A stretch of DNA of 64,000 nucleotides from the NCBI GenBank assembly GCA_963716395.1, contig OY970309.1, forward strand, positions 960,001 through 1,024,000, given 5' to 3'. Source of the DNA: an uncultured Fibrobacteria bacterium. GTDB taxonomy: Bacteria; Fibrobacterota; Fibrobacteria; UBA11236. The position numbers were made by a program, and so were the translations under genes. This document shows, piece after piece, positions 9,431-19,023 of this stretch. Within the stretch, counting starts at the first letter, position 1. Each line of letters opens with the position of its first letter. Below the pieces are notes generated by a model. It saw only the letters and a program-made list of their open reading frames with translations. It ran no database searches and had not been told where the DNA came from.

Positions 9431-10924
9431 GTGCGCGGTCTTTGGATTTTCATCACGGCCTGGGCGGGGATTTCGGCTTTGCACGCCGCGACTCCCGATT
9501 CCACCCATGCCGTCCGTGCCCAAACGCCGCCCAAAGCGGCGGCCGGCCACGCCTGGCTCAATCCGCCCGCCCATTCGCAATGGGGTTACGTGTTGCTCGA
9601 CGTGCGCAGCGGCCGCACCTTGGCCGAAAAAGGCAGCCGCCGCCTCTTGACTCCGGCGTCGGTGGCCAAGCTGGCCGTGACCGGATTCGCTCTGGACCGC
9701 TTCGGTGCGGCGCGCCGCTGGCCCACCTATTTGTATCGCACCGGCCGCCTCGAAGACGGGGTGCTGCACGGCGATCTGTGGATTCGCGGCACCGGCAATC
9801 CGGCCCTGGGCTCGGAACGCGGCGATTCTTCGCAGCGCATCGATTCGGTGTTCGGGTTGTTCGCCGCGGCCTTGGAAAAGGCGGGCATCCGCGCGGTGCA
9901 GGGCCAAGTGCGGGGCGACGCTTCGGCCTTGCCCGAAACCGGTCCCGACCCCGGAGACTTGTGGGAAGATGTGGGGAACTACTACGGCGCGGCCCCTTCG
10001 GGCCTGTGCTTTCACGACAATACCTACACGTTGAAGCTGGATGGCTCCGCGGAAAAAGACCATGCCCTCGCCGAAGTCGGGGTCTATCCGGAGCACATCG
10101 GGGTGTCGCACTTTCAAATCCGCGCGCAGACCTCGGCGCCGTACAGCCCCGATTCCTGCAATATCCTGGGCGCGTTCTGGAACACGCCGCGGCTGGTGGT
10201 CGGCACCTGCCCCGCAGGGCGGCAACCGCTGGAAATCAAGGGCAGTCTGCCCGATCCCGCCTGGACCTGCGCGCGCGACTTCGAAGATTTTCTGCGCCTC
10301 CATCACATCGCGGTGACGGGTCCCGGACCCGACGGCGGGCGCGGCCCCGATCCCCTGGCCGAAACGCTCGTGTTACCTGCGGACACGGTGCTCCTGGCGA
10401 CGCAGTTCTCCCCTTCTCTGTTGGATCTTCTCGCCATTCTCCACGGCTACAGCGACAACCTGTATGCGGCGCAATTGCTGGCCCTGGCCGGCGGCGGCGC
10501 GACCCGCGCCGAAAACCTGCGCGCCCTTAACGGCTGGCTCGACCGGATGGCGCCGGGAATCACGCGGGAGCTGCGTCTCACCGACGGCAATGGACTTTCG
10601 CGCCGCGACGCCGTGACGCCCGCGGCCCTGGCGCAATTGCTGCGGGCCTATGCACGCCAGCCCTGGTTTCCGGACTGGCGCGAAACGTTGCTGGGCGGAA
10701 AACTGTGCGCGCTGCGGCCCGCGGAATACGCCGACGGGCTCAACGGCCGGCTGTGGTCGAAAACCGGCAGCATGGGCGGCGTGGCCTCGCTGGCCGGATA
10801 CTTGCAGACGCGATCCGGCCGGCTGCTGGCCTTCGCCATCCTGGTCAACCATTTCGACGAATCCCCTGCGTCGGTGCGCGCCCGTTGGGGTGGGCTGCTG
10901 CGCGCTTGGAGCGAACGTCGTTGA
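9431..10924 (+). CDS. dacB: D-Ala-D-Ala carboxypeptidase/endopeptidase PBP4 (peptidase S13)
   Basis: Signal peptide; PASVAK (SxxK), SDN, DGNGLSR, KTG. Confidence 0.92.
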   Translation: MRGLWIFITAWAGISALHAATPDSTHAVRAQTPPKAAAGHAWLNPPAHSQWGYVLLDVRSGRTLAEKGSRRLLTPASVAKLAVTGFALDRFGAARRWPTYLYRTGRLEDGVLHGDLWIRGTGNPALGSERGDSSQRIDSVFGLFAAALEKAGIRAVQGQVRGDASALPETGPDPGDLWEDVGNYYGAAPSGLCFHDNTYTLKLDGSAEKDHALAEVGVYPEHIGVSHFQIRAQTSAPYSPDSCNILGAFWNTPRLVVGTCPAGRQPLEIKGSLPDPAWTCARDFEDFLRLHHIAVTGPGPDGGRGPDPLAETLVLPADTVLLATQFSPSLLDLLAILHGYSDNLYAAQLLALAGGGATRAENLRALNGWLDRMAPGITRELRLTDGNGLSRRDAVTPAALAQLLRAYARQPWFPDWRETLLGGKLCALRPAEYADGLNGRLWSKTGSMGGVASLAGYLQTRSGRLLAFAILVNHFDESPASVRARWGGLLRAWSERR

Positions 10925-11746
10925 ACGCCGAAACCCTGCCCCTGCTGGTCACGGTGCCGCATAGTTCCGGCGCGGTGCCCGAGGACATTTTCGCGCGCAT
11001 GCGGGAATGCGGCGAATCCGAAGGCTGCGCTGCGCCGTCGGCTGTTCACCGAAGGCGACCCTTGTACCGACGCCATCTACGACTTGCCCGCCGCGGCCGT
11101 CTTCACGGCGCGATTCTCGCGTTTCGTAGTCGACCTGAACCGGGCCCGCGACGAAGGCGGACCCAACGGGGTGATCAAAGTCACCGATTTCTCTCTGCGC
11201 CCGCTGTATCGTCCCGGCTACGCCATCCCCGAGGTGGAACGCGAGCGACGTTTGCGGGAATACTACGACCCGTTCCACCGCGCGGTGGAAACGCGGCTGG
11301 CCGCAGGCGGCATCCGGCTGTATCTCGACGGCCATTCCATGACGGCGCGCGGCCCGCAACTGGGACCGGACTCCGGGGAGGCGCGCCCGGCCCTGTGCTT
11401 GGGTAACTTTGGAGATACGTGCGGCGATCCGACCGGTGGCGCGCCCGTGTCGCTCGACCCCGACCTGGCGCGCCCGGCCCTGGTCTTCGCCGCCGCAGCC
11501 GTGGGCCGGGCTTTTCCCGCCTGGCGCGATGGCGATTTCGCGGCCTTGAACCGGCCCTTTGACGGCGGTTATTTATTGAAGCGTTATACCGCGCCCGATT
11601 TTCCCCATCGCGTGCCCGGTCTGATGTGCGAAATCAACCGCGCCTTGTATTTCGACGAAGAAAAGGCCGCACCCCGGCCCGGAGCCATTCCCGTCTGGCG
11701 GGAAATCATGCTGGGATTGGCGCGCTTTCTACTGGCGCGGCTATGA
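10921..11746 (+). CDS. N-formylglutamate amidohydrolase family protein (apparent +1 frameshift near 11023)
   Basis: TTG 10921 frame gives VTVPHS; the +1 frame continues EGDPCTD, SRFVVDLNR, YYDPFH, DGHSM, EINRALY. Removing one G restores a single ORF. Confidence 0.8.
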
Positions 11747-12598
11747 GGTGAAAATCGCGTTTAACATATACGCCAGGCGGATTCCGGCCTTTTCCAACTG
11801 CAGGTCGACAATCCGCCGCATCTTTCCCGCAGCGTAATCCGACGGCACCGGCACTCCGGAAGCGGGCGTCGGGCCAGGTTTGAATTCGGAAAAAATGTCG
11901 CGTTTGGCGATGAGATAGCTCTCCCAAGCCCAATCCGCCGGCGTTCCCCTTTGCCAGCTTTGCTCTTCGGTCGGAGTGATTTGTTTCTCCAACCGCTGCG
12001 CCAACTCTCCGGGATCATCGGTGGTCGGGATCTCGAGCAGATGATCCCAATACGCGTGCAAGCGGACGGGAGGCGCGTCTTCGCCATCGGCCTCGGAGCC
12101 CAAGCGCACGAACTTTTCGTTACCGCCGCGGTCGTGGTCGTCGGCACAATGCAGGGGCTGGTGCACGTCGCCCACGAAATGCACCAAAAATTTCAAGGCT
12201 TCGAGCTTTTGATCCCGGGAAGCCGCGGCGCTTTGCAAGGCGGCCGCGTCCAATTCGATTTGATCCACGACGCAGGCGTGATCCGGACAGAATTTGGGTT
12301 CGTCGGATTCGCGCACCGGGACGCGATCGGGAATATCGATGAAATGCCAAGGCGCGGTTTCGGGCCTTTCCCGTCGAATCCAATCGGCCCAATTCGAAAT
12401 CCGGGCCAAAGTGGTGCGCCCCAAAATCGCGGCGAGCTTTTTGCGGGCCGCTGGGCGCAAATGATCCGCGGCGATGATGGCGATGGTTTCATGGCCCACC
12501 GGGCCCCAGGCCTGCGCCGGGGCCGCCATACCGACACAGGCCAACGGAATTGTCCAGAGATAAAAACGGCGCGTGCAAGTACTTCCCGGTCCGGCCAT
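11741..12598 (-). CDS. Secreted S1/P1 nuclease
   Basis: Signal peptide then WGPVGH, WADWIR, WHFID, HFVGDVHQPLH, DRGGN, LHAYWD. Start uncertain. Confidence 0.92.
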   Translation of the reverse strand: MAGPGSTCTRRFYLWTIPLACVGMAAPAQAWGPVGHETIAIIAADHLRPAARKKLAAILGRTTLARISNWADWIRRERPETAPWHFIDIPDRVPVRESDEPKFCPDHACVVDQIELDAAALQSAAASRDQKLEALKFLVHFVGDVHQPLHCADDHDRGGNEKFVRLGSEADGEDAPPVRLHAYWDHLLEIPTTDDPGELAQRLEKQITPTEEQSWQRGTPADWAWESYLIAKRDIFSEFKPGPTPASGVPVPSDYAAGKMRRIVDLQLEKAGIRLAYMLNAIFTS

Positions 12599-12735
12599 GG
12601 CCGCAAAGGTATCAACCCTCGGCCCCTTCATGCTTCGAGTCCATGGCAACGAGAACGAGTTGCGCTCGATTTTTCGCGGTACCTATATTCAATTCAATTC
12701 ATTTCAAATTGCACGCCGATTCCCTGGAGGACAGT

Positions 12736-13332
12736 ATGGCCTACGATAGCCCGGCAACTCCCGAAATCATGGAAAAAACCGTGGCCGCTCTGCGCAGCCG
12801 CGGATTCGAGGCCCTGGCGGTGGAAAACGGGGCGGCAGCCCGGGACAAACTACTTTCCTTGGTGCCCGAAGACGCCGAAGTCATGAGCATGACCTCGCGC
12901 ACTTTGGATACCCTGGAAATCCCGCCGGTATTGAATGGGTATCCCCGGGCCGTGCGCCCCCGGCTCGGTGATTCCGCCTTGTCGCCGCAAGAAAAGAAAA
13001 AACTCGGGTCGGCCCCGGAAATCGCGGTGGGCAGCGTGCATGCGGTCACCCAGGACGGCCGGGTGTTGCTGGCTTCGGCGTCGGGCAGTCAATTGCCGGC
13101 CCACATCTTTGGCGCGGGGAAAGTCATTTGGATTGTCGGGAGCCAAAAAATCGTGCCTGACGTCGAATCAGGGCAAAAGCGCATCGAAGAATACGTTTTT
13201 CCGCTGGAAGACGCGCGCGCGCAACAAGCCTATGGGCGGCATAGCGCCATCAACTATTTACTGATTATGAATGCCAGCCCGGTGCCGGGCCGAATCACCT
13301 TGATTTTGACGCCGGAAAAGCTGGGGTTCTGA
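12736..13332 (+). CDS. LUD-domain (lactate utilisation/YkgG-like) protein
   Basis: GSVHAVTQDG...ASASGSQL, VGSQKIVPD, C-terminal LGF; GGAGG SD before ATG 12736. Confidence 0.8.
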   Translation: MAYDSPATPEIMEKTVAALRSRGFEALAVENGAAARDKLLSLVPEDAEVMSMTSRTLDTLEIPPVLNGYPRAVRPRLGDSALSPQEKKKLGSAPEIAVGSVHAVTQDGRVLLASASGSQLPAHIFGAGKVIWIVGSQKIVPDVESGQKRIEEYVFPLEDARAQQAYGRHSAINYLLIMNASPVPGRITLILTPEKLGF

Positions 13333-13422
13333 ATCCTTCCGCGCCAAGCGTTTTCGGCCACATCCCAAACCCGACCATATTTGACGGGCTGATTTCCGCC
13401 CTCGGCCTTATTTTATAGCTCT

Positions 13423-15207
13423 ATGAAAACCACCTGCTTTTCATCGGTTATAAAATTGGGCGCGGGAACGGTTCTGCTTTTTTCCGCAACCCTTTCGGCC
13501 CAAGCACCTCCGCGCTCCGATTTCCGCACCACGATTTTGATGAGCAATCTGGCCGACCCCACCCAGATCTGTTTTCTACCCGACGGCAAGATTTATGAAT
13601 TATCGAAGAATGGCACCATCAAACTTTATGATCCGGTCGCCAAATCGACGTCGACCGTCGCTACTTTGACCGTTTCCAATGTGCGCGAAGACGGCTTGCA
13701 CAGCATGGTCTTGGATCCCAATTTCGCCACCAATCGTTACGCCTATCTTCTCTTCGGGGTTTTGAGCCCCAGTCAGGAGATCGTGGTGTCGCGCTTCACC
13801 ATCGCCTCCAACGATCTGCTTGATTTGACTTCGCGCACCGACCTGCTTTCCATACCGTACACCCTGACCTCCACCAATGAGCATACCACGGGCTGCCTGG
13901 CCTTTGATACGTTGGGCAATCTGTACATCGGCCTGGCGGACAACACCAACAACTTTTTCTCGGGTACCATCACGGGCTACTCGCCCCGCAATCCCGCCCA
14001 CCCCGATTCTGATGCTCAGCGCTCGGCCGCCAACAGCAATGACTTGCGCGGAAAAATCCTGCGCATCCACCCCGAAGCCAACGGCACTTATACCATTCCC
14101 GCCGGTAATTTGTGGGAAAAGATCAACGACCCTTCCTACAATCCCAATTGGAATGCCGCTTCCGACGACATCAGCAAGGTGCGGCATGAAATTTATGTCA
14201 TGGGGGTTCGCCATCCCTTCCGTATCACCATCGATCGGGAAACCAATTGGCTATACTGGGCCGAACCCGGTCCCAACGCCACGGCCGACGATCCCAATCA
14301 GGGACCGCGCGGCTATGACATCGTCGCTCTCGCTAAAAATCCCGGTTACTACACTTGGCCGTATTGCCGGGGCGATGTCTATGACAGTAACTTTTGTTAC
14401 AAGGCTTACAATTACACTACCAATGTCGGCGGCGCCCGCTACAACCCCAACGCGATCAAAAACACCTCTCCCAACAACACCGGCATCGTCGATTTGCCTC
14501 CGGGCCGATCCGACTTGATTTGGTATCCGTATAACGCGGCGGGATCGGCCTTCCCCATGTTTGGGTCGAATGGGTCCATGGCCTCCATGCTGGGATTCGT
14601 GTATTACTCCGACCCTTCCATCACCTCAGTGAACAAAATCCCCCGCTATTACAACCATCATCTTTTCATTTTCGATTTTCAACGCAGTCAGGTTCGCGAC
14701 GTGGCGCTGAACGACACGGGCGGGGTGGACTCCATCGAAACCTTCTGGGATCAGAGCACATCCAATCCCATCACCAATCCCATCCATATGGTGGAGGGGC
14801 CGGACGGAGCGTTTTATTTTCTCGACTGGGGCGACAACGGCGAATATCCCAACAACTCCGGAAACGGAAACCTGGTGCGTCTCGATTATATCGGCACGCC
14901 GGACCCGGTGCTGCCGCCGCAAACGCCTGCGGCCAAGGCTCCGATCACCCGTTTGGTCATGGCCGGTTTGAATCGCACGGTGGCTTTGCCAAGCGGCGCG
15001 GTGCGCGCCGATTTCTACGACTTGCGGGGCGAGAAGGTTTGGAGTTGGCGCCAGGGCCAAGCCCGTCACGGATGGCCGGTTGGAACTGCCGTCTACCGTA
15101 ACCGGGGTGTTGCGGATGCGGGCAGGATGGGAGTAGGTCTGGCACCACGCCAAGTGTTGCCACAATGCGAAGACCGAAACGGATTACGCCAAACAACATG
15201 GAGTTAG
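13423..15207 (+). CDS. Secreted glucose/sorbosone (PQQ-dependent sugar) dehydrogenase-like beta-propeller protein
   Basis: Signal peptide; EDGL..LDPNF, DAQRSAANSNDLRGKILRIHP, YTIPAGN, EIYVMGVRHPFR, GPDG. The true C-terminus probably ends at TAG 15136 after a +1 shift. Confidence 0.85.
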   Translation: MKTTCFSSVIKLGAGTVLLFSATLSAQAPPRSDFRTTILMSNLADPTQICFLPDGKIYELSKNGTIKLYDPVAKSTSTVATLTVSNVREDGLHSMVLDPNFATNRYAYLLFGVLSPSQEIVVSRFTIASNDLLDLTSRTDLLSIPYTLTSTNEHTTGCLAFDTLGNLYIGLADNTNNFFSGTITGYSPRNPAHPDSDAQRSAANSNDLRGKILRIHPEANGTYTIPAGNLWEKINDPSYNPNWNAASDDISKVRHEIYVMGVRHPFRITIDRETNWLYWAEPGPNATADDPNQGPRGYDIVALAKNPGYYTWPYCRGDVYDSNFCYKAYNYTTNVGGARYNPNAIKNTSPNNTGIVDLPPGRSDLIWYPYNAAGSAFPMFGSNGSMASMLGFVYYSDPSITSVNKIPRYYNHHLFIFDFQRSQVRDVALNDTGGVDSIETFWDQSTSNPITNPIHMVEGPDGAFYFLDWGDNGEYPNNSGNGNLVRLDYIGTPDPVLPPQTPAAKAPITRLVMAGLNRTVALPSGAVRADFYDLRGEKVWSWRQGQARHGWPVGTAVYRNRGVADAGRMGVGLAPRQVLPQCEDRNGLRQTTWS

Positions 15208-15249
15208 TGTGGCACCTTTACTCTTACTCTTGAATGAGGCCTGCACTTC

Positions 15250-17623
15250 TTAGGGTTTGTAGCTTTCAACAGATAACACGGGTTCTGAAAACCAACTGCC
15301 GGGTGAAGGCTCCCGTTCATCAAAACCTCCTAACACAAAAAGCCTGTTTCCAAGACCAATGGTAGTGGCCGAAGCGCGAGAAATTAAGAGCGATGGTTTT
15401 TGATTCCATTGATTTGAAATAGGATTATACTCCTCTACAACATTATAAGCGAGTTGGAAAGTCGGATCGACTCCGCCGACAATATAAAGTTTATCGTCCA
15501 ACCAAGCGACGCTAAAATCAAAAATTGGAGAGATTGAAATAGAAGGCAGAGAACTCCAGGAGTCAGTTGAAGGATCATATTCTTCCCCCTGGATATGGAC
15601 TCCGCCGAAAATCACGTAAACCTTATTGCCATTTTCGCATACTGCATTTGGAGCATTCGAAAAAAGATTGGATGGGCAATCGGCTTTGCGCGTCCATGTC
15701 CCTGAATTTGGATCGAATTCTCTGATTGTTGGTAAAACGGTTAGTCCGTTTCCCTGTCCTAGCATATAAACCTGTCCATTGGCCGCTGCCAAAGCGTAAT
15801 TGTCATTTACCGGAATAGAAGGGCCTTCGCTCCATGTATTTGAAGTGAGATCGTAAATAGTCATTGATGTGTCGTAATTTCCCTGATTAGGGTAGGATTC
15901 GCCCATGATATACAACTTCCCGTCCGAAAATACCGAAGCACAACCAAAGACATGAGTATTCATTGTATAGGTGGAGAGGCTGGAATCTGTGCCGTTAAGC
16001 GTGTCGAAAATTCGGACCGAATCACACCCGCTTGGGTAAACGAGTCCGCTTCCCCATGAAATTATAGGGGCGGTTAAAAGTTGGCCACTCAAACTTCCGA
16101 CAATCCTAGACGGAACCACATTCAATTTCACGGAATCCACACCACTCACCCCTTTGTCATCCGTAACTCGCAGAATACACAAATAATTTGTGACCGAGAT
16201 TTCCGGTAAAGTAATGGTAGTATCGCCGGAAGACGTTGTAATGAATTGGCCGGTTCCACCAATATCCCATTCCCATTTCACGATGCGCCCGAATTCATCC
16301 GTGGCCGTCCCTTGCAAGGTATAAGAAGTTCCATACGAAGCCGTGGTATCCTTTCCCGCATTCGCCACCGGCGGATCCAAAACCACGAATAGCTTCAAAG
16401 AATCGGCCCATTGCCTTCCGGCCAGAGTCGAGGAAGTGGATCGAAAGTATTTGGTTTACTGCCGTATCGGGCGCAATCCAAACCAAGGTATCCGATCCCG
16501 ATTTTGCATTTACACCATGGCTGCGAAGCGTATCGGCTGACCCACTTACGAACCAAGCCAACTTTTGATTTGCATAGGTGGGATTATTGAAATCCGCCAC
16601 GATTCGGACGGTATCTTTGATGCTCGCGCTATCTCCATGAGTTCCCAACACCCGCATCTGAATCGCGGTTTGCACCATGCGCGGCGGCACGGCGTTTAAG
16701 GTTGCAAACTCGAAAGTGTTGCCTAAATTCCCGTTAACTTCCTGAACCCGAACGCGATATTCCCAGGTTTGCGAAGTTGTATCTGCTGAAGTCCGATAAA
16801 GGGTGTCCAAATAAAAAGTATCGGTGACACGCGCCTTGTTGATGGACGTTTGCGAAAAGGTCAAAGCGCCGGACGAGTCGCGGTATACGAGGTAACCGAG
16901 CAGGCTGGAATACGTCACTGGGTTCCAACTGATCTTGGCGACGCCGGCGGCCGTATCCAAGCTGGCTTTGATTCCAGTTACAACAGGTATGCCGGAGTAA
17001 AACAACACCAAGGGTTTCGGCAAGGTATCGGCGACTCCGGAGGTAATCGATACCCCTTGATACAAAGGCGAGTACAAGGGAAGCGTGGTGAAGGCGCGCA
17101 GGCGGTATGCCCCTTCGGCCAAAGCCGGCAAGGTGAAATACCCCGTGGAATCCACGTTGACGAATTCATCCGTTCCCAGCACCTGTACCGTGGCCGTGCG
17201 TGGATCATCCTCCGGTTGCAATTGCACGGTTCCCGTCAGCGACCCCGGAGCCTTCAAAGTGTCGGTGGGGAGAGCGGAACTGCTTTGTGTGATCGAAATC
17301 GAATCGGAAAAAGACAGCAGACTGTCTTTGGACCCGAGTATGTTGTATTGCCCAACTGAAATCTTGGCGACAGTATAATTTCCGCTCGTATCCGTTGTTG
17401 TCGTGAATTTCACGGCCTGGTTGGTGGATGTATCACCCGGCACGTAATTCACGGGATACAAGGTGACCTTGGCTTGGGCCGCGGGCTTTCCGTCCTGGGT
17501 CACGATTTTCCCCGCCAACTCGTTGGGAATCTCCGTGCCGTTATCGGTGGTGCTGAAACAGCCGAACAGCATGAGCGCGGATAAAGCCGCAGCCAGTCCC
17601 TGTAGTTTTTTCGACTTAGCCAT
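15250..17623 (-). CDS. Large lipoprotein: carboxypeptidase-regulatory-like/FN3/PKD-like modules plus Kelch propeller (split by apparent +1 frameshift near 16425)
   Basis: Lipobox LFGC. ORFs 16295-17623 and 15250-16398 join as ...LD/LAGRQWADSLKLFVVLDPPVANAGKD. Kelch repeats (LYIVGG, VEEYNP...W, LFVLGG). Confidence 0.75.
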
Positions 17624-18446
17624 TTTTTTTCTCCGCGGATCGAGACAAGGGGAATACTTGAAACAGGCATTGATAGACGCGATCTTTGTCGCGATCGCGT
17701 TCCGATAAAATCAGCAGTCGCTTGCGCAAGGCCGAAATCTCTTCACCAGCTTTTTTCAAACCTTCGGGCGAGAAGGCCAGGGTCAAGGCCGAAAAATCCC
17801 GTTCTTCTTTGGAAAAGCGCTCCAGGGCCGACAAAGCCAAGCGCGTGAAATCTTTTTGCAGTTGCTTCCAATGTGCTGATTTGAGCGTGGGGTCTTTGAC
17901 CAAAACCGGCGGTGCTCCCGGCAGCAAAAGTCCGAGCCGTTTCAAGACCGAAAGCGCGTGTCCGGCTTCGCGCGCGGTTATGGGCGGATCAAGGCGCGTG
18001 GCCAGGGTCTTCAGACCTTCGGCGGGTTGGATGAGCAACCATTCACGCAAAACCGCGTAGTACCAATGATCGAAGTATTGGAGTTGATCGCGCCGCAAGG
18101 TTTCTTGCCTTACGCCCTTGAGATGCAGCCATTTTTCATAAGCCGCGGCCCTTTGCTCTGCCGTTTCGGCGTTTTCCATTTCCAACAAGGTTTGCAAGAA
18201 TTCCCGCTCCCGCCCCTCCAAGCGCAGGGCCGAGGCCAGCGGGGCAAGGTATCTGGCCTTGAGCGATTGCCGACCGGCCAGAACATCGGCGAACCAACCC
18301 GAGGATTGGGCGCCGGCTTTTTGGGCCAGATAGCGATGGGAAAAGCGCCGGTCGGCGGCTTTCAAGCTGCGATAGCGATCACCCAGGAATGTCCGGTAAT
18401 CGGAATAATCCCTGATGTCCTGCGGTTCATGCCGTTGCGCGGGCAT
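17616..18446 (-). CDS. TIGR02147-family putative DNA-binding protein
   Basis: DYRTFL..Y...K....RFSHR.LAQKAG..SSG, YFDHWYY.VLRE, ERDFSALT, VYQCLFQVFPLS. Confidence 0.88.
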   Translation of the reverse strand: MPAQRHEPQDIRDYSDYRTFLGDRYRSLKAADRRFSHRYLAQKAGAQSSGWFADVLAGRQSLKARYLAPLASALRLEGREREFLQTLLEMENAETAEQRAAAYEKWLHLKGVRQETLRRDQLQYFDHWYYAVLREWLLIQPAEGLKTLATRLDPPITAREAGHALSVLKRLGLLLPGAPPVLVKDPTLKSAHWKQLQKDFTRLALSALERFSKEERDFSALTLAFSPEGLKKAGEEISALRKRLLILSERDRDKDRVYQCLFQVFPLSRSAEKKNG

Positions 18447-18485
18447 GAGCCCAATTATAGCCCGCAGAGCACCGGCCCGGAGGAA

Positions 18486-18518
18486 TGCTCTGAAAATATC
18501 GCTCTTATTTTCAGAGCA
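18486..18518. promoter_or_regulatory. Perfect 13-bp inverted repeat, candidate operator upstream of the TIGR02147 gene
   Basis: TGCTCTGAAAATA-N7-TATTTTCAGAGCA; extra CAGAGCA half-site at 18465-18471; TATAAT on the minus strand at 18459-18454. Confidence 0.6.
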
Positions 18519-18561
18519 GGATTTTTAGCGGTTTGTGCGCGAGGGCCTCAGTCCCACCCGA

Positions 18562-19023
18562 TTATTCCTTGGCCACCCACCGCGCGAAATAACGCGTATG
18601 CGGATCGCGGGGATAATTGTCTTCAATGGCTGGTGTCACCCCGAGGGAGTCGAGGTTCGACAGCACCAGCAGGTGCACGTCACCGGGTTGAAAAGAGGTA
18701 AGCGGGCCGTCGACCAGCGAATCCATGTCGTCGTGAATGTCGGGGCGCGCAAAGCGCGGATTGTAATGTCCCACCAGAATGATGCTGTCGTCGTACTGTC
18801 CACGCAACACCTTGAGCACCCGATATTTCATGATAAAGACGTAGTTGTAGAGATCATTGGCCGGGAAGGGCGCGGGCAAATCCAACAAACGCGCTTCGAC
18901 GGCCAAACTGCCGGTTTTGGGAAGGTCGGCAGCGTTCACCGTCTTGGCTTCGCGTTTATTGCAGGCGAAGAACAGGCCCGCAACACAAAGACATCCGGCT
19001 AATCGAGGTAGAGATCGGGCCAT
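18562..19023 (-). CDS. Hypothetical lipoprotein
   Basis: Signal with lipobox FFAC; globular core NDLYNYVFIMKYRV...GHYNPR; overlaps the end of the upstream TolB-like gene. Confidence 0.7.
   Translation of the reverse strand: MARSLPRLAGCLCVAGLFFACNKREAKTVNAADLPKTGSLAVEARLLDLPAPFPANDLYNYVFIMKYRVLKVLRGQYDDSIILVGHYNPRFARPDIHDDMDSLVDGPLTSFQPGDVHLLVLSNLDSLGVTPAIEDNYPRDPHTRYFARWVAKE

Noticed and set aside
2808-10306. Extended ORF-track starts (4541, 4810, 9062, 10306) implying fusion proteins
   Set aside because: The extensions overlap neighbouring real genes in other frames; homology-like motifs begin at the downstream starts used here.
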